From: an uncultured Dehalococcoidia bacterium
GTDB taxonomy: Bacteria > Chloroflexota > Dehalococcoidia > Lucifugimonadales > UBA1127
Assembly (NCBI GenBank): GCA_964612825.1
Contig: CAZTCW010000014.1
Span: 11,114 to 75,113 of the forward strand
Length of the DNA: 64,000 bases
Direction: 5' to 3'
Position numbers and translations under genes: made by a program. Position 1 is the first letter of the stretch, and each line of letters opens with the position of its first letter. The notes under the pieces were generated by a model. That model made no database searches and had not been told where the DNA came from. It saw only the letters and a list, made by a program, of their open reading frames with translations. Below, one piece after another: positions 18,313-27,829 of the stretch.

Positions 18313-18664
18313 AGGTGCAACAACCTCTGCTGAGAACACGAAAGCAGCAATTTTCGAAGCTACTCAGGAATTACTTACAAAGGTAATTAATTCTAATGGC
18401 ATTGAATCCGAAGATATGGCATCAATATTTTTTACAACAAGTCCTAATTTGAATGCGGATTTTCCAGCCGTGGCTGCACGAGCGTTGGGGCTCACTGAGG
18501 TCGCTCTTTTATGCGGACATGAAATGGATGTTCCTGGTGGATTAGAAAGTTGTATCAGGGTTTTAATCCTTGTGAATACAGAAAAAAAACAGGAAGATTT
18601 GAATCATATTTATCTGAGGGGAGCAGTGAATCTGCGTAGCAGAGGCTCCTCTCCAGCCACCTAG
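18287..18664 (+). CDS. aroH: Chorismate mutase, AroH class
   Basis: RGIRGATT near the N-terminus and CIRVLILV align by eye along the length of B. subtilis AroH. The ATG at 18287 overlaps the trpA 3' end by 26 nt. Confidence 0.9.
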   Translation: MVLACRGIRGATTSAENTKAAIFEATQELLTKVINSNGIESEDMASIFFTTSPNLNADFPAVAARALGLTEVALLCGHEMDVPGGLESCIRVLILVNTEKKQEDLNHIYLRGAVNLRSRGSSPAT

Positions 18665-18773
18665 TTGATGAGGACTTGATTTGATGGTATATCATTTTCA
18701 AATGGATATAGGGATTAACGAATCTAACTAAAATCAATTTGTTTGATTGATTTGAGTTTATTGGGGGATAACT

Positions 18774-19805
18774 ATGATAGTAGTAATGGGACCTAATAGT
18801 ACGGAAAATGACGCGAAAATGGTTTTGGGCCATATCGAAACCAAAGATGGCCTAAAAGCTCATATGATTGCAGGAGAGGCGCAGAATGTTATCGGGGTTA
18901 TAGGACAGATATATCCTGAACTCCAAAATGAATTGGAGCTAATGTCAGGGGTTGGAGAAGTTATCCGTGTCTCTAAACCCTATAAGCTAGCAGGGCGCGA
19001 TTTTCATCCCGATGATTCAATAATCAAGGTAGGTGATGTTTCCATAGGTGGAAACGAAATGGTGGTCATGGCAGGGCCTTGTGCTGTTGAAGATCGACAA
19101 CAAATTCTTGATACCGCTAGAACCGCTAAGGCAGCTGGGGCTAGGATCCTTCGCGGTGGAGCCTTTAAGCCGAGGAGTTCACCGTACAGTTTCCGAGGAT
19201 TGGGGGAAGAAGGACTTCGTCTTCTTGGCGATGCTAGAGATGAAACGGGTTTGCCAATTATTACAGAGGTAATGAATTCAAATGATGTAGAGCTAGTGGA
19301 ACGTCATGCTGACATACTCCAAGTTGGAGCTCGGAATGTTCAAAATTTCAATCTTCTTGATGCCGTGGGGCAAATTAGAAAACCCGTCTTACTGAAGAGA
19401 GGTTTTTCTACAAGCTACGAAGAGTGGCTTTTATCAGCCGAATATATAATCGCTGGAGGAAACAATCAGGTTATTCTATGCGAACGAGGGATTAGAACTT
19501 TTGAGACGTATACTAGAAATACCTTGGATCTTGAAGCGATCCCGGTGATAAAAAAACTTAGCCATTTACCAATTGTTGCTGATCCGAGCCATGCAACCGG
19601 GAGATGGGATTTGGTAACTCCTATGGCCTTTGCCGCGGTTGCTGCCGGAGCTCATGGTTTATTGATTGAAGTTCATCCTAACCCTGACAAGGCTTTATCT
19701 GATGGTCCACAATCATTAAACTTCGATAATTTTCAACGGTTGATGGAGGGAGTTAGGGGAATTGCTGGAGCTGTTGGTAGGACGGTCGCTCCGGGCCAAG
19801 GGTAA
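18774..19805 (+). CDS. aroF: 3-deoxy-7-phosphoheptulonate (DAHP) synthase, type I-beta with N-terminal ferredoxin-like regulatory domain
   Basis: Near-collinear resemblance to Thermotoga maritima DAH7PS: MIVVMGP...VIGVIG N-domain, [30 protein letters not shown] and VDPSHATG. Confidence 0.95.
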   Translation: MIVVMGPNSTENDAKMVLGHIETKDGLKAHMIAGEAQNVIGVIGQIYPELQNELELMSGVGEVIRVSKPYKLAGRDFHPDDSIIKVGDVSIGGNEMVVMAGPCAVEDRQQILDTARTAKAAGARILRGGAFKPRSSPYSFRGLGEEGLRLLGDARDETGLPIITEVMNSNDVELVERHADILQVGARNVQNFNLLDAVGQIRKPVLLKRGFSTSYEEWLLSAEYIIAGGNNQVILCERGIRTFETYTRNTLDLEAIPVIKKLSHLPIVADPSHATGRWDLVTPMAFAAVAAGAHGLLIEVHPNPDKALSDGPQSLNFDNFQRLMEGVRGIAGAVGRTVAPGQG

Positions 19806-19940
19806 CTCAGTAAAAAATCCCTCCTATCCGTTCCCATACTTTCTGGGGTATTTGGCTTAGATTCTATTGACCAAGAATTTTTGCCATGATAGGATTCGGC
19901 GAGCCTCAGGTTTCCTCAAATACCGCCTTACAGGCCCAAA

Positions 19941-20885
19941 ATGAACGCACTAGACGAATTTACTAAATTCCGAGTACCAGAACCTATTTTTATCACAGTA
20001 GGAGTATTTGATGGCGTCCATAAGGGCCACAGTCACTTGATAAAAAAACTGGTTGAAATAAGTTCTTCAGCATCTTGTGTCAGTGGGGTGTTAACATTCC
20101 GGAATAACCCTATGACCGTGGTTAACCCAGATCGTCAAATTTTATACCTTAGCAACTTGGATGATCGACTAAACTATATTAAAGATGCTGGGGCTGACTA
20201 CGTTTTCCCAGTAGACTTTGATTATCAACTTTCCTTAATGAGTCCGTTAGAGTTCCTAAAGCTTCTTCAAAAGAACTTAAATCTTAAAGGGATGGTGGTA
20301 GGCCCTAACTTTGCTTTAGGCCATAAAAGAGAAGGAACTGTAACGGTTCTAAAAACATTAGCACACGACCTAAATTTTGAACTTAGTGTGATTGAACCAC
20401 TTGAAATCGATGGCTTTACCATAAGTAGTACGTCAGTCCGGGACGCGTTATTAGCGGGTGAAATCGGTTTAGTCAGTACAATGCTTGGAAGGGCTTACAA
20501 AATCTCTGGTCCCGTGGTTTATGGAGAACAATGGGGCAGAGATTTAGGCTATCCTACCGCGAATTTATCAATTAATTCCCAACTTATTATTCCAAAAGAT
20601 GGGGTATATATTACGCTTGCTCGAATTAACGGCGACTGGCTTCCTTCGGCTACCAGTATAGGTTCTCGACCCACTTTTGGGGGCAAAGGGAAAGTGATGG
20701 AAGTTCATATTATTGGTTTTGATGGGGATTTATATGGGCAGATCATTGAGGTAAAATTCTTAGAACGTATCCGGGATCAAATTAAATTTGAATCCCTTGG
20801 TGACCTTTCCGATCAAATTGGAACAGACGTGGAAATTGTAAGATCTAAGTTTACTGACCCTGATTTTAGTAGGAAGTGCGGTTGA
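19941..20885 (+). CDS. ribF: Bifunctional riboflavin kinase / FAD synthetase
   Basis: GVFDGVHKGH in the N-terminal FMN adenylyltransferase part. GRDLGYPTANL and PTFGG...EVHI in the kinase part. Confidence 0.9.
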   Translation: MNALDEFTKFRVPEPIFITVGVFDGVHKGHSHLIKKLVEISSSASCVSGVLTFRNNPMTVVNPDRQILYLSNLDDRLNYIKDAGADYVFPVDFDYQLSLMSPLEFLKLLQKNLNLKGMVVGPNFALGHKREGTVTVLKTLAHDLNFELSVIEPLEIDGFTISSTSVRDALLAGEIGLVSTMLGRAYKISGPVVYGEQWGRDLGYPTANLSINSQLIIPKDGVYITLARINGDWLPSATSIGSRPTFGGKGKVMEVHIIGFDGDLYGQIIEVKFLERIRDQIKFESLGDLSDQIGTDVEIVRSKFTDPDFSRKCG

Positions 20886-22114
20886 TGCCCAGTAAAAATT
20901 TCGACAGGGACACCATTCTGAATCGTGGGGTAGTTGAAATCATTGATTCTAGTGAATTCATTGAACTTCTAGATTCCAGTACTCCATTGAATTTAAAGAT
21001 GGGCTTCGATCCGTCCGCTCCAGATATTCATTTGGGCCATGTCGTAGGGTTACGGAAACTTCGGCAACTTCAAGATTTGGGACATCAGGTAGTCCTCATT
21101 GTGGGGGATTGGACGGCACAAATAGGCGATCCAAGCGGACAGTCGGCAACAAGGAAAATGCTGGATCATAAAGAGGTGGAAGCTAATGCGGAGACCTATC
21201 TCAGGCAATTCTTCCGTATAGTAGATAAAAGCCGTACACAAGTGGTTTGGCAAAGCGAGTGGTTTGGAAAATTCGATCTAGCTGATGTCATTCGTCTGTC
21301 TGCACGGTTTACTGTCGCACAATTTCTCCAGCGAGAAGACTTTAGAAGGCGGTGGGATGCTAAACGCCCTATCGCCATTACTGAATTACTGTACCCTCTC
21401 CTACAAGCCTATGATTCGGTTATGATACGGTCGGATGTTGAATTTGGTGGGACTGACCAAAAATTTAACCTTCTGGTGGGAAGACAATTACAGGAGATGA
21501 TGGGACAACGGCCCCAACAATGTTTTCTTGTTCCTATGCTAGTCGGGACAGACGGTGTTTTGAAAATGAGCAAGAGTTTGGGGAATTATATAGGCGTAGA
21601 TGAAAAACCGGCGGATCAGTATGGGAAAATTATGTCCTTAAGCGATGACCTTATCGCAACGTATTTCGAGTTATTAACTGATTTGCCAACAAACGAAATT
21701 AATGAAATGAAGGGTCTGTTGATCTCAAATTCTATCAATCCAATGATTTTAAAGAAGCGATTAGCCAAGGAGATCGTGATTCAATTCTGGGGTGAATCCG
21801 AAGGGAACAACGCTGAGAATGAATTCGAGAGGATCTTCCAGCAGCGGGAAATTCCTCAAGACATTCAGATATTTTCCTTCCCGGAGGAGTTAAATCAAAC
21901 AGGGGAAAATCCTTCTGATTTCCGAATAAGCAATATGCTGGTAAATTCAGGGATAACTGCGAGTTTGAGTGAAGCCAAACGATTGGTGCGCCAGGGGGCT
22001 GTTCGAATTAATGACCAACAGGTGGAAACAGACGTTTCAGTAGAACAACTTCCCTCCGGGATAACCATTAAAATAGGAAAACGTCGATTTCTTCGCCTTG
22101 AAAAGAAAGAATAG
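20885..22114 (+). CDS. tyrS: Tyrosine--tRNA ligase
   Basis: GFDPSAPDIHLGH (HIGH), KMSKSLGN and C-terminal S4 domain RLVRQGAVRINDQ. ATG at 20885 overlaps the ribF TGA (TGATG), with AGGAAG 9 nt upstream. Confidence 0.95.
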   Translation: MPSKNFDRDTILNRGVVEIIDSSEFIELLDSSTPLNLKMGFDPSAPDIHLGHVVGLRKLRQLQDLGHQVVLIVGDWTAQIGDPSGQSATRKMLDHKEVEANAETYLRQFFRIVDKSRTQVVWQSEWFGKFDLADVIRLSARFTVAQFLQREDFRRRWDAKRPIAITELLYPLLQAYDSVMIRSDVEFGGTDQKFNLLVGRQLQEMMGQRPQQCFLVPMLVGTDGVLKMSKSLGNYIGVDEKPADQYGKIMSLSDDLIATYFELLTDLPTNEINEMKGLLISNSINPMILKKRLAKEIVIQFWGESEGNNAENEFERIFQQREIPQDIQIFSFPEELNQTGENPSDFRISNMLVNSGITASLSEAKRLVRQGAVRINDQQVETDVSVEQLPSGITIKIGKRRFLRLEKKE

Positions 22115-22172
22115 ATGGTTTATATGGACGTGATTCTCAGGTAAACTGAGAGATGCCTTAATATTTGGATAA

Positions 22173-23288
22173 ATGGAGGACATAGTGGTCAACTTAAGAG
22201 TCCCAGGGCCAACCCCTTGCCCGGAAGATATCCTTCTCGCAGGGGCCCAACAAATGATAAATCACAGGGGGCCGGAATTTTCAGATCTTATTCAACGGGT
22301 CCATTCGGGATTACAAAAGGTGTTTCAAACGGAAAACCAGATTGCTCTCCTGACATCATCTGGCACAGGAGCTATGGAAGCAGCTATCGTAAACACCCTT
22401 TCTCCGGGTGACCGTATACTAATGGTAACTGTCGGAGTTTTCGGTGATAGATTTTGTCAAATTGCCGAAACCTATGGTTTGGAAATAATAAAACCGGACT
22501 TCCCATACGGGACGTTTGCCAAACCTGAAGTCGTTGAGGAAATTTTGAGTAAAGACCCATCTATTAAGGCTGTCGCGGCAACTCATAATGAAACATCAAC
22601 AGGGGTTACCAATGATTTAGAAGCTTTGGGTTCGGTTGTGAGACGGTTTGATAAGTTACTGTTGGTAGATGCGATAAGCAGTTTGGGATGCCTTCCTTTG
22701 AAAACTGATACTTGGGGTTGCGATGTAGTGATGACTGCTTCTCAGAAAGGGTTCATGGTTCCCCCCGGATTAGCTTTTGTCAGTGTGAGTCCAAAAGCCA
22801 TAGAGGCAAGTAAATCAAGTAAAACTCCCAGATTTTATCTAGATTTTGAACGACATCTTAGTTATTTTCAAAGAGGTCAGACACCATGGACCCCCGCAGT
22901 CTCCATCCTTCTCGGGTTGGATAAAGCTCTTGAAAAAATGCTTGATGAGGGGATGGATGCGATTTACCAAAGACACGTTTCGATTGCCAATCAATGCCGT
23001 TTGGGAGTAAAGGCACTTGGGTTGGAGTTATTTGCGGAAGACGAAAACTACGCTTCAAACACCGTTACTGCAGTTAAAATTCCAGAAGGAGTTGATGCCC
23101 GCTCATTACTGAGCATTCTTAGGACGGAACACAATGTGGTTTTAGCAGGGGGGCAGGGGCCAGCGATGGAGGGGAAAGTTTTTCGAATTGGACATCTAGG
23201 ATTTGTTTCTGAGGAAGATATTCGTGGAGTTTTAAACGCCTTGGAAACAGTATTACCTCAAGTCGGATTTGCTCTTGCTAAAGCGTAG
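22173..23288 (+). CDS. Class-V pyridoxal-phosphate aminotransferase (serine-glyoxylate / phosphoserine aminotransferase-like)
   Basis: INHRGPEF, TSSGTGAMEA, THNETSTGV and SQKGFMVPPGL (PLP lysine) blocks. It sits directly upstream of serA. Confidence 0.85.
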   Translation: MEDIVVNLRVPGPTPCPEDILLAGAQQMINHRGPEFSDLIQRVHSGLQKVFQTENQIALLTSSGTGAMEAAIVNTLSPGDRILMVTVGVFGDRFCQIAETYGLEIIKPDFPYGTFAKPEVVEEILSKDPSIKAVAATHNETSTGVTNDLEALGSVVRRFDKLLLVDAISSLGCLPLKTDTWGCDVVMTASQKGFMVPPGLAFVSVSPKAIEASKSSKTPRFYLDFERHLSYFQRGQTPWTPAVSILLGLDKALEKMLDEGMDAIYQRHVSIANQCRLGVKALGLELFAEDENYASNTVTAVKIPEGVDARSLLSILRTEHNVVLAGGQGPAMEGKVFRIGHLGFVSEEDIRGVLNALETVLPQVGFALAKA

Positions 23289-23356
23289 CCTATTCTTATC
23301 TACTGTGTAAGTTAGGAAAATTTGAACGACCCCTAATGGAGAGGATGGTCATTAGT

Positions 23357-24949
23357 ATGCTCAAGATTCTTATTTCCGACCCATTACATCAAGCAGGATT
23401 GGATTATCTCAATGGGTTGAGTGATTTTCAGGCGGATGTCCAGGTTGGTCTAACCCCTGAACAACTGTTAAATGTCATACCGGCCTATCATGGAATTGTG
23501 GTGCGAAGTGAAACGCAGGTTTCTGCTGATGTGTTGGAAGCCGGTGAATTATTGCAGGTAGTCGGTCGTGCCGGAGTAGGGGTAGACAATATCGATTTGG
23601 AGGCGGCTACGCGGCAGGGGATTGCTGTGGTGAATGCTCCCACAGGTAATACATTTGCTGCAGCTGAACATACCATAGCCCTCCTTATGGCATTATCTCG
23701 GAACGTTCCTCAAGCCGATGCCTCACTTAAACAAGGAGAGTGGCGGAGAAGTCAATTCATGGGGATTGAGGTCAGAGGGAAAATCCTTGGAATAATCGGA
23801 TTAGGTCGGGTCGGCTCCGAAGTGGCCAGAAGGGCTTTGGGTTTAGACATGAGAGTCCTCGCGTTTGACCCATATGTGACGGCTGATAGGGCGGCCCGCC
23901 TCGGGATCGAATTAGCATCTTTCGAAGAGGTTCTTGAGGTCAGTGATTTCATTACACTTCATACTCCTCTCACAGCTTCTACGAATCAGTTGATCGGAGA
24001 ACAGGAACTCTCTCGAATGAAACAGGGGGCTCGATTACTAAACGTTGCTCGGGGAGGTTTAATTGATGAAACCGCCCTACTACAAGCTATAGAATCTGGG
24101 CAAATTTCTGGGGCGGGCATCGATGTTTTTACCCAAGAACCAGCTGACCAGATTCCATTAGTTAAGAGCCCGAAAGTTATTTCTACTCCTCATTTGGGGG
24201 CTTCTACTGTCGAGGCTCAGGCTGAGGTAGCTCTAGAGGTGGCTGAGCAGGTGGTTACTGTGCTACAAGGTAAACCAGCTCAGTATACCGTTAACATGCC
24301 TTTCGTTCCCCAAGCGACACAAGAATTGATTATTCCGTATGTTCAAGTTGCCGTAGATATGGGAAAAATCGCTATTCAGTTGGCAAAAGGTCAAATCTCT
24401 TCAATTGTTGTGAGGTATCAAGGGGAAATTTCTGTTGGCGATATCAAAGGGCTTAGAGGGGCCATTTTGATGGGGCTCCTTCAGCCATCCAGCAATGAAC
24501 GAGTTAATCTGGTTAATTCTAATTTGCTAGCTGAACAAAGAGACCTTAGAATCGTCGAGGAAAATGATTCATCCCCATTAGAAGAGTACGCCAGCCTAAT
24601 TACTCTTGAGATTTCGACTTCGGAGGGGATTACTGTCGTCTCAGGGACTAATTTGAGAGGCCAAACACATCTCGTAAGGATCCATGAGGATTGGGTTGAC
24701 GCAACTGTTGAAGCCCCCTACCTTCTGTTTATAGATCATCGAGATCAACCTGGGCTAATTGGAGCGGTTGGTAGTATTACTGGGGAGAATGATATCAATA
24801 TTGCGTTCATGGCAGTTGGTAGAAAATCAGTCCGGGGGCGGGCTACCATGGTGGTCGGCCTAGATGATCCTATGCCGGACAGGGTTCTAAAACAGGTTCG
24901 CTCCATCCCGAATCTTGATGATGCTAGGCTTGTTCGTTTGAATTATTAG
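23357..24949 (+). CDS. serA: D-3-phosphoglycerate dehydrogenase (long form with ASB and ACT domains)
   Basis: MLKILISD start, GIIGLGRVGSEVA NAD motif, NVARGGLIDE, TPHLGAST and a C-terminal ACT region. GAGGA lies 11 nt upstream of the ATG at 23357. Confidence 0.95.
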   Translation: MLKILISDPLHQAGLDYLNGLSDFQADVQVGLTPEQLLNVIPAYHGIVVRSETQVSADVLEAGELLQVVGRAGVGVDNIDLEAATRQGIAVVNAPTGNTFAAAEHTIALLMALSRNVPQADASLKQGEWRRSQFMGIEVRGKILGIIGLGRVGSEVARRALGLDMRVLAFDPYVTADRAARLGIELASFEEVLEVSDFITLHTPLTASTNQLIGEQELSRMKQGARLLNVARGGLIDETALLQAIESGQISGAGIDVFTQEPADQIPLVKSPKVISTPHLGASTVEAQAEVALEVAEQVVTVLQGKPAQYTVNMPFVPQATQELIIPYVQVAVDMGKIAIQLAKGQISSIVVRYQGEISVGDIKGLRGAILMGLLQPSSNERVNLVNSNLLAEQRDLRIVEENDSSPLEEYASLITLEISTSEGITVVSGTNLRGQTHLVRIHEDWVDATVEAPYLLFIDHRDQPGLIGAVGSITGENDINIAFMAVGRKSVRGRATMVVGLDDPMPDRVLKQVRSIPNLDDARLVRLNY

Positions 24950-24960
24950 ATGACAAAGAA

Positions 24961-24992
24961 TTGCAGATGGTATAGTGTTTTACCGTCTGCAA
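24961..24992 (+). terminator. Hairpin downstream of serA (possible terminator)
   Basis: 12-bp stem ttgcagatggta / taccgtctgcaa (one G-U pair) with an 8-nt loop. No T-tract follows. Confidence 0.3.
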
Positions 24993-25059
24993 AACTGGAG
25001 ATAATGCCGAAAACCGTCAGCCAAGGGTAGTATAATCAGGGAATTTCTCTGAAGGAGGG

Positions 25060-26349
25060 ATGATGGTAGCTAATTCAGCCGATAATGGGAAAAAGAACGT
25101 CCGGAATACAGCCTCATTTATCCTCGCAGGACTTAGTGGTGGGCACGCGGTATTTCATTGGTTTACACAAAGCTTTCTTGTGATGCTCCCCCAGATTAAA
25201 TTAGGATTTGGGCTAACCCCAATCCAGGTAGGGGCCATCATGTCTACTAGGGAAATTACGGCCGCTATGATTACCCTCCCGGGAGGGGTCATAGCCGATT
25301 TGCTCCGTAATCATTGGGGATTGGTTCTCGCCTTGTGTATGGGAGGATTTGGGTTAGGGTGGTTAGTCATGGGATTATCCCCAGTTTATCCCCTATTACT
25401 TCTAGGGATGGCTATCGTATCTACGGCTAGTTCCCTATGGCACCTTCCCTCAATGGCCTCGCTTTCTCATCATTTTTCTCACCGACGAGGAGTGGCTTTA
25501 TCTTTACACGGAGTAGGCGGTAGCATCGGGGATGTTTTGGGCCCAGTTCTAACGGGATTTCTCTTGACGGCACTTGCATGGAAGGGAATTCTAACCATTT
25601 ACGCAGTAGGTCCCTTCCTTTTGGCCTTCGTAGTATTCTGGGCGTTTAAGGATATTGGGAAGACCGGAGATACTGTCCCAACTAGAAATATTCGTCACCA
25701 AATTGAAATGACAAAAGGAATTCTGAAAAATCCGGTGTTATGGGCGATCAATCTTACCATGGGACTTCGGGGAATGGCTTTTGTGGCTTTTATTACTTTT
25801 CTACCGCTCTATATGAGCGATGAACTTGGATTTAGCTCAGAATCAATTGGAATTCATATTGGTTTATTAGTGTTCATTGGTATAGTGGCGGCGCCAACTC
25901 TAGGTTATTTGTCAGATAAATTTGGCCGGAAAAAGATTCTGGTTCCATCAATGCTTCTTCTCTGTGGGTTTTCACTGTTACTAGTCGCATTTGGGGAAGG
26001 GATTATGCTGACAATCATTATCACACTCATTGGATTGTTCCTCTATAGCGATCAACCTATTTTGACTGCAACCGCGTTAGATATTGTCGGACATGGAGTA
26101 GCTACCACTACTTTAGGGGTTTTATCCTTTTCACGAATGATGTTGGGAGCTGCCTCCCCCTTAATTGCAGGATTTTTGTATGAGACACAAGGGATAGACG
26201 CAGCATTCTATTATGCTGCTGGACTTTTTGCTGCCGCTTCATTGATTTTGTTAGTCCTTCCGCTTCCAACTCGTTCATCCGTTTCAGCGGGAGGTCACGA
26301 AGGCCATGGAGGTCACGGAGGCCATGGAGGTCACGGAGGCCATCATTAG
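25060..26349 (+). CDS. MFS transporter with C-terminal His/Gly-rich tail
   Basis: 12-TM-like profile and a GYLSDKFGRKK loop motif. The protein ends in GGHEGHGGHGGHGGHGGHH. GAAGGAGGG RBS. Confidence 0.8.
   Translation: MMVANSADNGKKNVRNTASFILAGLSGGHAVFHWFTQSFLVMLPQIKLGFGLTPIQVGAIMSTREITAAMITLPGGVIADLLRNHWGLVLALCMGGFGLGWLVMGLSPVYPLLLLGMAIVSTASSLWHLPSMASLSHHFSHRRGVALSLHGVGGSIGDVLGPVLTGFLLTALAWKGILTIYAVGPFLLAFVVFWAFKDIGKTGDTVPTRNIRHQIEMTKGILKNPVLWAINLTMGLRGMAFVAFITFLPLYMSDELGFSSESIGIHIGLLVFIGIVAAPTLGYLSDKFGRKKILVPSMLLLCGFSLLLVAFGEGIMLTIIITLIGLFLYSDQPILTATALDIVGHGVATTTLGVLSFSRMMLGAASPLIAGFLYETQGIDAAFYYAAGLFAAASLILLVLPLPTRSSVSAGGHEGHGGHGGHGGHGGHH
26290..26343 (+). repeat. In-frame 18-bp x 3 tandem repeat encoding (GGHxGH)3
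   Basis: ggaggtcacgaaggccat, ggaggtcacggaggccat, ggaggtcacggaggccat. Units 2 and 3 are identical and unit 1 differs at one base. Confidence 0.9.
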
Positions 26350-26373
26350 CCGTCGCTCTCTTAACCAGAATCC

Positions 26374-27684
26374 TTAGAGGTCTTCCTTCAGGCTAAACAT
26401 GAAAAGGCCAGTAGCCAATTTAGGAAGAAAGTACGTTGACTTCCTAGGTAGTCTTTCCCCATTTGAAACTATTGTTTCAAATAAATCCATGGTGATTGGA
26501 GAGACCAAAAAGATCATTTCTACTTCCTTGTCTTCTACTGCTTCCTCAACGTCTTTAACCTCATGAACGAATCCGACTTTTGATATTTCGTCGCCGAGCA
26601 CAGGGTCTAAAATACCGTTTTGAAGAACCCATGTGTTACATTGGCTGATTTCAGGGATTTTTGGAGTGGGGAACAAATCCCCTGGCAGATCGGGCCGTAA
26701 ATAAAGGTTGTAAATCTTTTTAGTTTGGTTGTCTAGGACTCCAATAACCATCTGAGGGCTTTGTTCCTTATTAAGGCTGTCGACCCATTGGTCGATTCCA
26801 TCGGGTGAAGGACTAAACGACGTGGTTCCAACGATAAATATCGTCTCGATTCTATTCCAGAGTTGTGTTCGGATCTTCAGTGGTAGCTTAGGGATTGTCC
26901 TATGCAGTGATAATAATTGCATCCCTGGGTCCGAAAGTTCAACTAAGCACATCAATACAAAATCCGATGCCGGTTCAGGAGTGGATACTCCGGTAGTAGT
27001 GTGAACTGAATTCCTGTATGCTAACGCCGTTTCATATCTGTGATGACCATCCGCTATGAAAACTTGCGCATCTTTGAAGCTTTCCTCTATTTGTTTACAG
27101 GTTATTCGGTCCCCGATAGCCCACGCCTCGTAATTTGTGGTTCCAGTCTTGGCGGTAAATGTTGGTAGATTGGAGTTTGTGTATTCACGTAAATCTTTGG
27201 TTAATCCTTTTTCGTCTCGATACAGACCAAAAACAGGACTAAAACTGGCTTCGCATGCTGTCATCAATTGGAACCGGTCCTTTTTTGGGCCTTCGGCTGT
27301 TTGCTCATGAGGGAGAATAACTTTGTTTTCGAATTCTTCCAATTGAACTGCTGCGAATAGTCCAATCCTTTCTTTTGGATTTTTAGTTCCTCCATATTTC
27401 TCTTTAACGAGATAGAAGGCTGGCGTTTCTTCCCGAATTAATATTCCGTCGCCTTGCCATTCAACAAACTGGTTTGCGGAGCGAATATAAACGTTTGATT
27501 CGTTTGTCTCAACGTTTTCTCTTTCGCCTAATTCTAGGCGGACAATATTGTGTGGATTTTTTTCCTGGAGCACTTGATTATCAGCGGTTGTTATTACGTC
27601 AAATGGAGGTGCAAGCACATCTCCAATTTCGGGGATTACGCCGGGATTGAATCTTATCGCTCGAAACGGACGAACCTTGGCCAT
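26374..27684 (-). CDS. DUF1015 domain-containing protein
   Basis: MAKVRPFRAIRFNP is the characteristic DUF1015 N-terminus, with FIADGHHRYETA internally. GGAGG lies 8 nt upstream of the ATG at 27684. The track ORF extends to 27717. Confidence 0.85.
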   Translation of the reverse strand: MAKVRPFRAIRFNPGVIPEIGDVLAPPFDVITTADNQVLQEKNPHNIVRLELGERENVETNESNVYIRSANQFVEWQGDGILIREETPAFYLVKEKYGGTKNPKERIGLFAAVQLEEFENKVILPHEQTAEGPKKDRFQLMTACEASFSPVFGLYRDEKGLTKDLREYTNSNLPTFTAKTGTTNYEAWAIGDRITCKQIEESFKDAQVFIADGHHRYETALAYRNSVHTTTGVSTPEPASDFVLMCLVELSDPGMQLLSLHRTIPKLPLKIRTQLWNRIETIFIVGTTSFSPSPDGIDQWVDSLNKEQSPQMVIGVLDNQTKKIYNLYLRPDLPGDLFPTPKIPEISQCNTWVLQNGILDPVLGDEISKVGFVHEVKDVEEAVEDKEVEMIFLVSPITMDLFETIVSNGERLPRKSTYFLPKLATGLFMFSLKEDL

Positions 27685-27778
27685 TGATGAGCCTCCAGTT
27701 AGGGTTTTCTTCCTCACAGTATACTTATATTAAGTGGTATTACCAAGAGAATATAAAGCAAGATAATTAGGAGTATGG

Positions 27779-27787
27779 TGCTATAAT
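27779..27787 (+). promoter_or_regulatory. Candidate extended -10 promoter element upstream of ligA
   Basis: TGcTATAAT at 27779-27787, about 40 nt upstream of the ligA ATG. No good -35 element. Confidence 0.3.
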
Positions 27788-27829
27788 TCAGACAGTATAC
27801 TTCTGTAAATTTTTTGTGAACAGAGATTG

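Noticed and set aside
19806-19940. Possible FMN riboswitch upstream of ribF, T-box upstream of tyrS or purine riboswitch upstream of purQ (44340..44460).
   Set aside because: None of the conserved cores of these elements could be found by eye. tyrS overlaps the ribF stop, which leaves no leader.
26290-26343. Tandem 18-bp repeats considered as a possible CRISPR or non-coding microsatellite.
   Set aside because: There are only three directly abutting units with no spacers, and they are in frame inside the MFS CDS. This is a coding His/Gly repeat.
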